Assembly (NCBI GenBank): GCA_020137815.1
Contig: CM035358.1
Coordinates: 1,178,001-1,242,000 of the forward strand
DNA from: Hormiphora californensis
Lineage: Eukaryota > Animalia > Ctenophora
Direction: 5' to 3'
Length of the DNA stretch: 64,000 nucleotides
The translations under genes were made by a program, and so were the position numbers. The notes beneath the pieces are model-generated. The model saw nothing but the letters and a program-made list of their open reading frames with translations, was not told where the DNA came from and searched no databases. Below, piece after piece: positions 11,660-25,551 of the stretch; the first letter of the stretch is position 1; each line of letters begins with the position of its first letter.

Positions 11660-13737
11660 GTGTATAACGCTGCTGGGACCCTTCTATAAACACAGAGCGG
11701 TATTGAGTGTCATTGTACAAATTAATTACACACACTCTCACACTGTGTACACGGAATAAGAAAGGGATGGAGACTCCCTTACACAGGGGCTGCTGATACA
11801 TACAAGCTAAATATACATGAGAACGGACTACTGAGAGACAAACAGTAGAGATATAATGTCTTATAAAACAGCTGGTTTGGCACAGAAGCCGACAGAGCAG
11901 GTACATTAGGAAGGAAATGTATACTACATACAAACGACTGAACAAGACACGGAGAAAGCTGGCAGAGAGAACGAGAGAGAGTGATTTGAAGAAGATACAG
12001 ACAGAGAATTAAAGAGAGAGAGTGGACAGTGTGCTTGTGCCGCTATTTGTATACACAGCAGCTGCAGTGATCTAATGGCTGGTGAGATCACCCAGCACAC
12101 GTGACTTGCACGTGATGTTCCTAGATAGTGATACTTATAGCTGGTGAGAGTGGGATAGAGAGATATAGAAGGTAAGTAAGGATTTGGATCAGTTATCCGT
12201 TGCAAAGAAATATTCTGAATATATTCATCGAGTGTTTCTATAAATATTCCACGCTCAGAAAGCGTTATGTAAACTTTGGAATCACAAAAATAGCCGATAG
12301 GATAAGTGAAAGCACATTACTACTGAAGTTTCAGAGAACAGCGATATGAAACGCCAAATAATCGGGAAAATGGAAATCAAGTAGATATAAATCACTGAAT
12401 CGGGACACAGGTACGTGGAAAACTATATTATCCGGGATTATACATACCCTCTAATAGGGGGTATGTATAATGTATAATCCAGGATAACCCTGATATATCG
12501 GATAGAGTGAATGATAATTATTTCCAAATTCCAGGATGTCCGGGTTATACGAGCTGTCTGGGCTTGATTTTCGGAGTATCACTGCAGCTCGCATTATAGG
12601 CTGGAATAGCTTTCCTGAAAAAGCTTATTATCCGGGATATATCGGACCTAATCAAGATGTTGGGTGATCTTTTACTTAACGTATAGTAACTCATAGTAAT
12701 ACTGAATATATTCAGTCTGTACTACTGTGATAACTTATAGCACCTTCCTGGATACAAGTGGGTATCCGGTATATGCACCAGCTAGTGAATCAAGTTTAGT
12801 CCTGCTAAGTCAAGAGCGATAAGAAACGCCAAATCTGGATTATCGAAGTTTGAGAATGAAACTCCAACATAAAAGAAGTTAGATCTGTTTATGATCCATG
12901 GCAAGTTTTTGGTGGAAAATGAGTAATTAAATCACCGACGCAGGTACTTACGTGAAACACTTCCTTGACAGTTGTATCCCATGGATTACTTTTATTCCTG
13001 TTCTCCATTTTTGGTTTAATCAATAGTTCAGTTTGTCATATTAATTTACTTCTTATTCCCTTCTGTGGACCCAATCGATCTTTTACTTCTTTTAGTAATG
13101 CCGACTACTGATTATTCAGTCTGTACTGTGATAACTTATAGCACCTTTCTGATAACAAGACGTTAGCGAATCTAACATAACTAGCGCCTCAAGTAAGGGC
13201 TTTTTGATAACCCACCCGGCAAAGCCGGGTGGTTCTTTTCGCCCCTTTCACCGTCAAAAACACGGTTGCCATGGCAACTGAATTGGTAACTATGGGGACT
13301 GGCATCTTAAAAGTCATTCGAAAATATTAACAAACTTCCACTGGGAGTTCCAAAAGTGTGAGCAACAGCTTTACAGCTTTGGGCACGTAAAGTGTTTTAT
13401 GAAGGAGCAGCCTGTCGCGTAGAAACGCACTGAACGAACGGCCATCACGTCGTTCATCTCCAAATTATAATGATGTGACATCGTATTTCTGTCTTTTCTC
13501 TGCTAGTGAATCGGGTACCAGCTAGTGAATCGAGTTTAGCCCTACCTAAAACTGGTATTGCCCCTGGTACTGCACCATGTGACATTAAAATGAACATAAT
13601 ATATTATCACACGAATCTTGTTTGGCAGCTCGAAATTTTATTAGGAACTCCACGCATCTAAAACTTGTTTAGTAACCCGTGCAACGATCTAAAACCGGTT
13701 CCCTTAGCCAGCTCTACTAGGTGACCACTTTATAAAC

Positions 13738-14463
13738 ATGTGCCGTCCTTATCATCGCTATAATGCACTGGAACAACCAAGTTTGTCGACTAAATCTAAC
13801 ATGCACCAATTGAAGGGTTCAGGCCTTTTGCTTCTTTTTGCGTTTGTCGGTAACACACTGGTGTTTGCCTTGCGAATATACAACTGTGGGTTTCAGTTGG
13901 ATTTCTTTAAGTCATTTAGTCTGAGTGATGTGATAGGTAAGTGGGGGAGAGAGAGATAGAGACAAAGACAGAGACAGAGACAGAGACAGAGACAGAGACA
14001 GAGACAGAGACAGAGACAGAGACAGAGACAGAGACAGAGACAGAGACAGAGACAGAGACAGAGACAGAGACAGAGACAGAGACAGAGACAGGGGAAGATT
14101 TACCCCTCAAATTCAAATTGAGTCAATATTACCTACGATCCCTCACTCCAGGTGGTATAGCACTGGGAGCTAATCCGGTGGCGGCTGGATTATTCCCCTT
14201 TCTCGTTCCTATCCTGCTACCCTCGCTGTCCATCAGACGGAAGTGTCTCTTGTACTGTGGAGTTGGGGCCATTTCATCAACTCTCCTCTCCTCTATATCG
14301 TACCTAGCCAGCACACCCTGGCTGCTCTATACGGTGCTGGGGGTGGCTAGAGCTGTACAGGGATCATGTAGTGGTGCACTGTTTCTACTCGTTCAGGTAG
14401 ACAATCATATCTCTCCCTCTTTCTTTATCTCTCTCTCTCTCTCTCTCCCCCCCCCCCTCTCTC

Positions 14464-14554
<91 letters not shown>

Positions 14555-15637
14555 CTGTCTCACTCCTCAACAAAACTAACAGGGCGATATAGTCGATTTG
14601 TACTTCAAAGATAACCCCCTGGCAATAACCGTTATTGGAAGTGGAATCCACATGGGAGCCGTATTGGGACTCGTTGGCGGCTCTCAGCTTTATCTCTGGG
14701 ACGGTTGGATCACCGTGGGAGGGGGTATCGCAGGTATGCAGAGACATATTTTAACTGATAGTTGCTTGTGGCACCCTCTAGAAGGAGAAAAAGAAGAACT
14801 AGTAGATCTAACTTTCAGTAGACTTAGTTTCAAATAATTAGTGAGACAGTAAACCTCGGCAAAAAGTAACAGTATTATTTTTCAGGTCTCACCTTGTTGC
14901 CCTGCCTACTTCTTCCCTTTATACCCTCGTCCAAAAACAACAAAGTATCCTCAACAACATCAGTCGAGTTAGAAATGGATGCCAATAACAAACAGCAGAC
15001 AGACACTAGAATATTGGACAAACCACCATCCCCCAATCAGCTGCTCCGAACAATCACATTCTACCTGCCTGATGTGGCAGTGTTTGCCTGTAATACCATG
15101 TACTGTCTCCTCGTCACGGTCATGCCAACCCGTATGAGCCTCTATTCCTCAAACCCTGATCTGGGTTATGCGGTGCTGGTGATGAACCTGATCAACTTGG
15201 CCTGTTTCATCACCAGTATTGCCATCAGTTTCCTGTTCAAGAGACACCCCAAGACAACTTTCTTGGTGATGTCCGGTGGTAACATCTTGACGTATGGTGG
15301 CGGGATCCTCATTTATACCTCTACAAGCCCTGGCCTGTCCTTTACCGGTGCGTTCGAGGTTGGGTGTACGGTATTTGGTGTAGGGGTGGCAGCGGTGCTG
15401 AATTCCTGTATCACATACCAGTTTGAACTGTACAAAAGATGGCAGATGGATCTAACGGGGGTTGGGGCACGGGCATCTACCGCCTTTGGACTCCTCATGA
15501 GTTGCTCGTCCCTGTTGGGTGGAACTGTTGCAGGGTTAACGGCACCAGAAACAGCAGAGACAGTAACGTTAACGGTTACCATGGTAACGTGTGTAGTTAC
15601 CACGGTACTCATCATTGTTACAAGAATCGTCAAGTGA
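13738..15637 (+). CDS. Major facilitator superfamily transporter (~448 aa)
   Basis: Exons 13738-13936, 14152-14396, 14583-14733, 14886-15637 (1347 nt, in phase). Many hydrophobic helices, MFS motif-B-like [10 protein letters not shown] and a central hydrophilic loop. The start may be 13801. Confidence 0.75.
13947..14090. repeat. (GAGACA)n microsatellite in MFS intron 1
   Basis: Visible hexanucleotide run. Confidence 0.95.
14428..14550. repeat. (CT)n microsatellite in MFS intron 2
   Basis: Visible run. Confidence 0.95.
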
Positions 15638-16256
15638 TGGACAGCCGAGTGATGTAATAATACAGCTTTTTCATGAACAATAGATGTTAGAGAAGTGAAT
15701 TTTAAGAAATATATGGTTTGTTATGTAATTTATTAAATGATTTAATTGTTTATCCATCAGATATGTTTATTCTGCTGTATCTATCTATCTTTCTGTTTTC
15801 AGAATTCAGTCTACCAACCAGGTGTTTTGTTTATGTTTTGAAAACAGCCATCTTCAATGTGAAAAAGTCACCCTCACCTTATTTTAAAACTTTCCTTTTT
15901 TCCGTTTCTTCTCGGTACTAAAACTTTGCTCAACCCTCTCGACCACGTCCCGTAAAGGAGGGTTAGAACGTCCCTTACTTTGGCTGTGTAAAGGGAGATG
16001 TGGCACGGTTCTCGTATGTGAACACAGAGGGGTGATCAAAGCCAACTAGTGGCCCCAGTACTAACCTTGCCCTCTTTTAGTGACCCAATAACTATAAATA
16101 CATACTTCGTAGTTACCAACCACTAAGTAGTGGTTACTAACCAACTTATAACCATTGGTTACTAACCACCTAGTTCTAGTTACCAATGGTTACTAACCAC
16201 CTAGTAACTATTGGTTACTAACCACCTAGTAACCATATCTTTTGTACAATAGAATC

Positions 16257-18406
16257 ATGGAACAACAGGACGTGTATTACAAGAGATCGGAATACATTGA
16301 AACCGCAAACAACAACAAAGTCTCGCGACAATCCGTGCTATGTGGCAGTCAGAACATTGTTCTGGGAGGTAAGCAGGATAGTGGTGAGATTGTTACTTTA
16401 ACTAGAGAGAGAATGGTGCGATTGTTACTTTAAGGGTACGCTAACCAAAAATTTTTTTCGAGTGCAGGGAAATCTCTCACCGTAGGGTTGTAGGCCATGC
16501 CAAGGAGACCTCAAATATGCAATTTTAGCCCTTAAGTCGAATTCATATTTTTGCTACAGTTGTTTAAAAAATGTCCTGTAAATACGTTTTTGGCATCTCA
16601 AAAAATTTTTTTTAAAGATAGGAGCATGAAAATTTAGGGATTTGAAGAGGACATGAAGGTGAATAACCACAAAAAATTTTTTTGCAATCCGAGCTGATTT
16701 CTGGTCCTGAGATGGATTTCTTTTTTTCCACTTTAACGCCCTATTTGGCAAAGTTCCGAAAACATGTGAAAGCTGTAAATTGGTGAAAAGTTGCGTCTAA
16801 CGATTATCTAAGTGGCCATAAATTTTGGGCGTGTCCTTATTTGAGATAAGCTGTACAGAGTTTTTTTTGTGAAAGCCATCATTTCAGAAATAAAAAAATT
16901 CCCTGTATCTCAAAAACGACTGATCGTAGAGACCTGAGACTATGCTTAAACGATTCAGAAGGTCCGATTTTGGGGGGGTCTTCTGAGAGACATTTTGCTC
17001 CTACTTCAACCGTTTTTGCTGTAATTGCGAAAAACAAATTCTATGAAAAGGGCAAACGCCAAAATCCAATATCCTGTAATTTGGGAATTTTAGCTAAGAA
17101 AGGACCGAAACTATGGAAAAATGTGTAACAAGCTTATTTCTTCACTATTTGGTCCATATGGGTCCCTATAATCACCAAAAACAAAATCACAAAAAATCCA
17201 CGATGGCGAAGATGGGTTTTTGTTTTTCGCAATTACAGCAAAAACGGTTGAAGTAGGAGCAAAATGTCTCTCAGAAGACCCCCCCAAAATCGGACCTTCT
17301 GAATCGTTTAAGCATAGTCTCAGGTCTCTACGATCAGTCGTTTCTGAGATACAGGGAATTTATTTATTTCTGAAATGACGGCTTTCACAAAAAAAACTCT
17401 GTACAGCTTATCTCAAATAAGGACACGCCCAAAATTTATGGCCACTTAGATAATCGTTAGACGCAACTTTTCACCAATTTACAGCTTTCACATGTTTTCG
17501 GAACTTTGCCAAATAGGGCGTTAAAGTGGAAAAAAAGAAATCCATCTCAGGACCGGAAATCAGCTCGGATTTCAAAAAAAAATTGTGTGGCTACTCACCT
17601 CTTTGTCCTCTTCAAATCCACAAATTTTTATGATCCTATCTTTACAAATGTATTTTTAAGATGCCAAAAACTTATTTTCAGTTCATTTTTCAAGCAGCTG
17701 TAGCAAAAATATGAATTCGACTTGAGAGCTCAAATTGCATATTTGAGGTCTCCTTGGCATGGCCTACAACCCTACGGTGAGAGATATCCCTGCACTCGAA
17801 AAAAATTTTTGGTTAGCGTACCCTTAACTAGGGAGAGAGAGGGGGAATCACTAGGGGTTAGATTGATACTTTAACTAGAGCGAGAGAAACATTCAGACTA
17901 TTTTGTATTGCCTAGCTAGACTGTGTTTCGTGTGCAACAAATGTAAAGGAGGGTTAGAACATAACAAATGTTGTATTTATCATTCGAATATTCAACGCCA
18001 CTCCTATTTGATAGTTGTGTCACGGCCCCGTGTTAGATATATTTTAACCCCCTTACTTGCAGGAAAGACGATAATTCAGAGTGAGTGTATCATTCGAGGT
18101 GACCTGGCCAACGTGAGATTTGGTCGACAATGCGTTATAGGTACAGTAGTTATAGAGAGAGACTCCATCTTGACCCAGCTCTGATCTAATGTGATTTCAA
18201 TGTTCCTTGGCCAGCTTTCAAGAGTCACACCCTGTTCTTATTCTTGAAAACATCCTCGCTTTGTTACCCTGATTAATGTCGTGAACTGCAGTTGATGATG
18301 TGTCACATTTTGAACTTCATTTCCAGTGTTTACAATCACTCTTTCTCTCTCTCTTCCCCTTGGGCACGGTGTACCCTCTCTTTTTAGACGTAGCGCACGC
18401 GAAAAC

Positions 18407-18460
<54 letters not shown>

Positions 18461-19173
18461 ATCGCAGGAGGGAGAGAAGAAGAGGGTATATTATACCCAA
18501 CTCTTCCTGCAGGTGCCAGAGCGGTGATCAGACCACCCTTCAAGAAGTTTACCAAGGGTGTTGCATTCTTCCCCTTCCAGATGGGGGACCATGTTATAGT
18601 GGGGGAAGGGAGTATTGTTAACGCTGCATCCATTGGTAGTTATGTCAACATTGGTACGTACTGCACAGAGTTGATTGGGTTTTCTACTAACAAAATCGTA
18701 GGCTGAACATCAATTTCGCTCATGAGAATTCAATTAGTTCGTTACCATGGTTACATTTGCTGCTGTGGTTACCATGGTTACCATAGTTACTTGATTGAGA
18801 AATGTGTTAGTAACATAAACCTACAGGAAAGAATGTGGTGATAGGAAGGAGGAGTTTCATAAAGGATTGTAGTGCTATTGCTGACAACTCTGTCCTTCCC
18901 CCGGAAACTGTCGTCCCTCCATTCACAATGTGGGCAGGTGAGTTACTAGGGCTGGAGGGGTCGTTCACAATGTGAGCAGGCTAATACCTCTGTCCCCCGG
19001 GCCCCGTGTATTGTCGACTGTTTCAACCAACTCTGATCTGCCCAAACAATTATTAACAACAGTGTGACCCACTAGGTAACCCAGCTAAGATTGTAGCAGA
19101 GCTACCTGAATCAACTCTGGACATTATGGTAGAACAAACTAAGGGGTACTTCCAACATTTTATTGGACGATAA
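16257..19173 (+). CDS. DCTN5: Dynactin subunit 5 (p25), 179 aa
   Basis: Exons 16257-16368, 18063-18140, 18513-18653, 18827-18937, 19076-19173 (540 nt). [63 protein letters not shown] and [11 protein letters not shown] are diagnostic p25 sequences. Confidence 0.97.
16434..17823. mobile_element. 1390-bp foldback element, TTAA TSD, GG...CC termini (Kolobok-type, non-autonomous), in DCTN5 intron 1
   Basis: ttaa|gggtacgctaacc ... ggttagcgtaccc|ttaa; ~600-bp inverted arms and ~180-bp spacer. A TTAA TSD with purine 5' termini fits Kolobok rather than piggyBac. Confidence 0.9.
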
Positions 19174-19737
19174 CAACACGGAGTTAGATAGTGTGCAGTA
19201 ACTCTCATGGTGTCTGGTAATATTGGAGTATCATGGTTTGGGAATACTGGTCACTGGATTGTATCCTGATCTAGCTAGTATCCAATCCTGAACTGAGAGT
19301 TGCTTCAGTTGGTTTTGTAGCTCATGGGTTGTTATGAGCGTCCCAGAAATAATATTATGTAGTGTGAATGACCAATATTTATCCTACATCAAGGTCTCTT
19401 TTTTGAGAGACTAATTTTGAGAGTGGTGCATGTGTAAGTTGTGACAGAAAATGTGTGTGTATCTTTTATTGTCTTCTAATGTTGTAGCAATTGTGTAGTT
19501 TGTGAACATACTATTATTTAAACGTTCTTCTTCGTAACTTTCACTGGGGTAGTAGTTTCTCTAACATGCACTCATGGTACGCGACCACAAATAGTTAACT
19601 ATATGAGACCTATTTTTCAGCTACTTCGACACTACTTTCTTACGAGCTCTGTCTCTTCTGTCCCTGTAAATTCTGATCATGTCCACTTTCACATCGGGTC
19701 TCTAACTCCCTCCCTAACTCCATACTATAATAGGGGT

Positions 19738-22700
19738 ATGTCAGTGTCGCAGCCCCTACTGAAACTGCTCCTGCTAGCGGCAGTGGTGGTATGTGTCTCC
19801 AGAGCGGAGACCTCAGATGGAGTTTGCTATAATGGGGCGGGGGAAGCTGTCAGGTGTATGCCAGATTTTATCAACATTGCCTTCCAGGCCAAGGTAGGGC
19901 AATTAATTGATCAATTGATTAACCAATTACCTTTTTGCATCACGGGCTCCAGTTGATAAAAACTGAATATTTATTTGAATGCAAAACATTGCCAAACTTT
20001 AGAAACAAAATAAACATTGTCAGTTTTTCTTCACTTTAGAAATATATCATAAATTGTTCGTTTTTTATATGTCGTCATGCCACGTCATAGTTTGTTGTTT
20101 AATGTTTAGCATTGTCACCGTTTCTAATCATCAACCAGCAGACAGTAGTATCCAAACAGTTGTATCATTGTCCCATAGTCAGTTAGATGCCATACCATAA
20201 TTGTTACAATCTAGCTGCTATACAGTTGTGCTCATATATGAGACAGGTGGGATTGATCTCTTCCTCGCTTCCCTACCATGGCTGACCAGCCACAACTTCA
20301 TTGGACGGGACATACAGCTCCACAGTAGAATATTGGCCATGGAGTTTAGTACCACACTGAGATTAAAACTGTAGTTTGCCAGATGGTAGTACATAAACCA
20401 ACCATCCGTTGGACCATCAAAAACCTGGAAAAACGGTGCCAAAATCTCGGAATTGGGTGGCAGGGCGTAAGTGTTGACCATTGACACAGCCCAATAGAGA
20501 ACGAAGGGTGTGTTAAAGAAAATGTAAATTCCAGTTAAACCTAGGATGGTGGTTGTAGCTTGGTTCCGAATCCTATCACTGGAGAGAGATGACGTCACTC
20601 TGTTGGACCACAAGGTTGCTATGGTTACCCCGCAACTCACGGATACCACTACCATGGGAACGATCAGTTGGATAAACAGGACCGCACTCTGGTAAACTTC
20701 ATACGAGTTATTTAAAGTGGTACCGTTAGTAACGGACTCTTTGCACTCTACAAACTCCCAATAATACTGGAATGTGACCCCGTACCAGAGAGGGAGGGTG
20801 GACTCTACCAGGACCAGCACACTATACACCACAATGGTTGCCATGACAACTCGAACTCGGGGTGGTTGGGAGAATGGTCGAACCAGGGAGTAGGTACGGG
20901 TGATACTAAGGACTGCGAGGTTGAAAACAGATGTCCGAACTAGTGATCTCCATCCGATAGTCCACAGGGTACAACCTACACCGTCAGTGAGGATAAAGTC
21001 CGTGTTTTCAACCTGTCGGCCCTTCACATACGCTGTTGCTACAGGGATGTTCCATAGGATAACCAAGAAGTCCGTTAGCCATATTGCACGGTAAATACTG
21101 TAACTTAGAGTCCGTTCCTTTGCAACACGAAACAGAAAGTAACCCTGAAGAGTGGCAATGGGTAGACCCACGATACCAGTGAGAAGAGCTAGAATTGTAA
21201 GCAATGCTTCTCCGATGTTGATTTTCAGGGGGTCATCAGGGGGCGCCATGGTGGAATATCTAGCCCGGACCATTTCAAAGAAGTCAGGTGTAGGGGCGTC
21301 CATGATGGTGCTGAAAAAGTATCAAAACGATTACAAAAGTGAATGCTATACTGGGAAAGTTGCTATGCGAGGTTGTAGCTAGTTCCTTCTAAAAACTTCA
21401 AGACTCAAGAGGATCCCAATTTAGTAAAACTAAGACATGGAGAGGGGAAGACACTGACATATGGATATAGTGCAAATGTTACACACGAATAATGGCAAAC
21501 TAAGGAAATGCCAGGTATAAACGGGCCGCTTCAAATGTGCCAGACAGAATTCAGCAATAATACCAGCACATATTGTACCGCACAACATATAATTATAGTA
21601 CTGAAATGTGTGTTAAATATTCTGGTGGCAGCTTAGGTCAGTAGAATCACGAGAGAGAGTCGTATGTTTGCTAACCAAACAATTATATTTAAATAATTAA
21701 TAGATTTGCCTTTCCTGGTCAACAGAAGAAAACCAAAGGTTGGTAAATATATGAGATGGTATACCATATAACTGACATAATATTAAAAAGCGATTTATAT
21801 AGGCTATATCGCCGTAACGGAATTCTACTAGGCTATAACACCGGGCCTAGTTATGTAAATTCTTTGTTAAGTGGCGAGGTGAAGCCTGTCAGGTGGTAAA
21901 AGAATGGCCTGGCTGGAAAACTATTCGAAAGTAATCAAAAGCAGATAAGGAAATAAGCAGTTAGAGTAAAGAATGGGGAGAAAAAAGTAAATAAAAGTAG
22001 AATAAAGACCAATAACAAGACGTGTTGATTGATAAGCACCCCGGTGGTAGTACGATTAAGGGTACGCTAACCAAAATTTTTTTTCGAGTGCAGGGAAATC
22101 TCTCACCGTAGGGTTGTAGGCCATGCCAAGGAGACCTCAAATATGCAATTTTAGCCCTTAAGTCGAATTCATATTTTTGCTACAGCTGTTTAAAAAATGT
22201 CCTGTAAATACGTTTTTGGCATCTCAAAAAAATTATTTTAAAGATAGGAGCATGAAAATTTGGGGATTTGAAGAGGACATGAAGGTGAATAACCACAAAA
22301 ATTTCTTTTGCAATCCGAGCTGATTTCCGGTCCTGAGATGGATTTCTTTTTTTCCACTTTAACGCCCTATTTGGCAAAGTTCCGAAAACATGTGAAAGCT
22401 GTAAATTGGTGAAAAGTTGCGTCTAACGATTATCTAAGTGGCCATAAATTTTGGGCGTGTCCTTATTTGAGATACGCTGTACAGAGGTTTTTTTGTGAAA
22501 GCCGTCATTTTAGAAATAAATAAATTCCCTGTATCTCAAAAACGACTGATCGTAGAGACCTGAGACTATGCTTAAACGATTCAGAAGGTCCGATTTTGGG
22601 GGGGTCTTCTGAGAGACATTTTGCTCTTACTTCAACCGTTTTTGCTGTAATTGCGAAAAACAAATTCTATGAAAAGGGCAAAAGCTAAAATCCAATATCC

Positions 22701-25488
22701 TGTAATTAGGGAATTTTAGCTAAGAAAGGACCGAAACTATGGAAAAATGTGTAACAAGCTACTTTCTTCACTATTTGGTCCATATGGGTCCCTATAATCA
22801 CCAAAAACAAAATCACAAAAAATCCACGATGGCGAAGATGGATTTTTGTTTTTCGCAATTACAGCAAAAACGGTTGAAGTAGGAGCAAAATGTCTCTCAG
22901 AAGACCCCCCCAAAATCGGACCTTCTGAATCGTTTAAGCATAGTCTCAGGTCTCTACGATCAGTCGTTTTTGAGATACAGGGAATTTATTTATTTCTGAA
23001 ATGACGGCTTTCACAAAAAAACCTCTGTACAGCTTATCTCAAATAAGGACGCGCCCAAAATTTATGGCCATATGGAGAATCGTTAGACGCAACTTTTGAC
23101 CAATTTACAGCTTTCACATATTTTCGGAACTTGGCCAAATATGGCGTTAAAGTCAAAAAAAAGAAATCCATCTCAGGACCGGAAATCAGCTCGGATTTCA
23201 AAAACATTTTTTGTGGCTACTCACCTCTTTGTCCTCTTCAAATCCACAAATTTTTATGATCCTATCTTTACAAATGTATTTTTAAGATGCCAAAAACTTA
23301 TTTTCAGTTCATTTTTCAAGCAGCTGTAGCAAAAATATGAATTCGACTTGAGAGCTCAAATTGCATATTTGAGGTCTCCTTGGCATGGCCTACAACCCTA
23401 CGGTGAGAGATTTCCCTGCACTCGAAAAAAAATTTTGGTTAGCGTACCCTTAATAAGCCATACAAGCAGACTTGATCCTATCCATCAATCCCATCCAACT
23501 GATCCCACATCCCTGCATAATTTCCACCAGGTATTTCTCTTCCAATTCCATCCTAATACCAATGTCCCCTTTCTTACCCTACACGGTTCAACTTCACCCT
23601 ATTTCCAGGTGTTTGCCTCGGACACATGTGGTAGTCCCCCCTCTGAATTCTGTGTACAACAAGAAATAGGCCTGCCTCCTGATGAAGATAACTGCTACAC
23701 ATGCGATTCAGGTAGATATTGCACGTGCAGATTAGAGATACACGTGCTTTGTTTTTTGTTCTGTTCGATATATCTCTCTCAATTCATCCCTTCTATTCTA
23801 TACTGCCATGCTAATTACATGAAATCTCCCAGATTCAGACGTCCTCCACTTTATATTCAGATTTCAGACCCTGCTAATAACATGAAATCTTCCTGATCCA
23901 TCAATCAAACCCTGCCAGTTACATTCTAAACCTCTCCCTCTCCCAATTAAAAGACCTCTCTCTCCCTCCCCCCAGATTCAGAGTTTGACCGTCACCCTGC
24001 CAGTTATATGACGGACAGGAACGAGCGAGATGACGATGTTACAACCTGGTGGCAGTCTAGCACCCTATTTGAGAGGAGTCTAGAGAACATGACACTGCAT
24101 CTTCCACTCAACAAGAGCTTTGATATTGAATACATCAAGTGAGTTACCCCGGGAGAGAGAGGGATAGTTAGAGAGATGAAATTCTTTAAATATTTGGTCA
24201 TTTTGTAAGTAAACGGGAGATCGTGCTCATAATATTCTGACGAAAAAGTTTTTTGTGTGTTATATGCAAACTACACATATATATTATATAAACTACACAA
24301 AACAATCAAAACTAACTCATCTATTCCAGGGTTGAGTTCCAATCACCGCGACCAGAGAGTATGGTGATAGAGAAGAGTTCTGATTTTGGGCGCAGTTGGC
24401 AGGTTTACCAATATTTCTCTTCATCCTGCTACAAATCATTCAACAAAAGGTAAGAACTAAGTGATAACTTAATTGAACAGGTAATTTGTAGTTTTAAATA
24501 TAGCTGCAAAGTGCAAAACATGGCGTGTTCGATCGTGATATACCCCGATATACGTGTAAGAAGTGAATCATATCATCAATAACATTAATCATTACTAACC
24601 ACATCTCCCTCCCTGCAGGACGGATGAAACTATTTACACATTTGATGAAACCGTTGCAATCTGCACCAGGAAGTTTAGCGAACTGTCCCCTCTTCGAGGG
24701 GGCGTTGTAGCATTCAGCCCCCTGAAGAGTAAGTTTCACTAAATCGGTAATTTTAGAATCATTCATTGGTAACCCATAAAGTAGTTAAGAATTATTGGTC
24801 TGTTTTTATTCGCTTTATTATGCAGAGGCCACATAATATGTGTTGTATTGCTATGCAGCTCGGCCAATTAGTCGCCTATTAGTATTAAATATATTATGTG
24901 CATTGTGCATTGCAGACAGTATGTGTACTGTGTAGAAGTGCTGCACACACCATATATAATAGAAGTTATTATAATTCACACACCAGCTAAATCTTCACAC
25001 TGTGTGAACACAGGTTCACTCTCAACAATGCCAATAATAACATCCCAATCCCCCAATCAGATCGTCCCAACGCCAAGGATCCTGATCTACTGTACAACAA
25101 CAAGGAACTTTTGGAGTGGATGAGGGCTACAGATATCAGGATCAAGCTAGTTAAACCTAACACGTTTGGAGATCAGTATTTTAGTAGCAAGGATAATGAT
25201 GTACTGAAGACCTACTACTATGCTATTTCCGATCTTAGCGTTGGAGGAAGGTATGAAGCATAGATCATGGGGACTGGGATTAAGTTCATTGTACTATATC
25301 CACAGGTTTATGTTGTTGGTTGGACTTGTCAAAGGGAGTTTTCTTTTTGTTTTAGGGAGGGTCCCGGAGGGATATGATCATACCCAGTTTAGGAAGGATG
25401 AGGATATGAAGGGTGGCATAACGAAACATCTCTATTCTCTTAGAATATTCCGGGTCCAGGCTATTTTACATTCCTTAAAATTTACTTC

Positions 25489-25551
<63 letters not shown>

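Noticed and set aside
16434-17823. piggyBac assignment for the TTAA elements
   Set aside because: Termini are GG...CC rather than the CC...GG typical of piggyBac; Kolobok fits better, though no transposase is present to confirm.
16554-23329. Four similar 65-77 aa ORFs ([16 protein letters not shown]...)
   Set aside because: They are the mirrored arms of the two 1390-bp foldbacks, with non-ATG starts and no transposase motifs.
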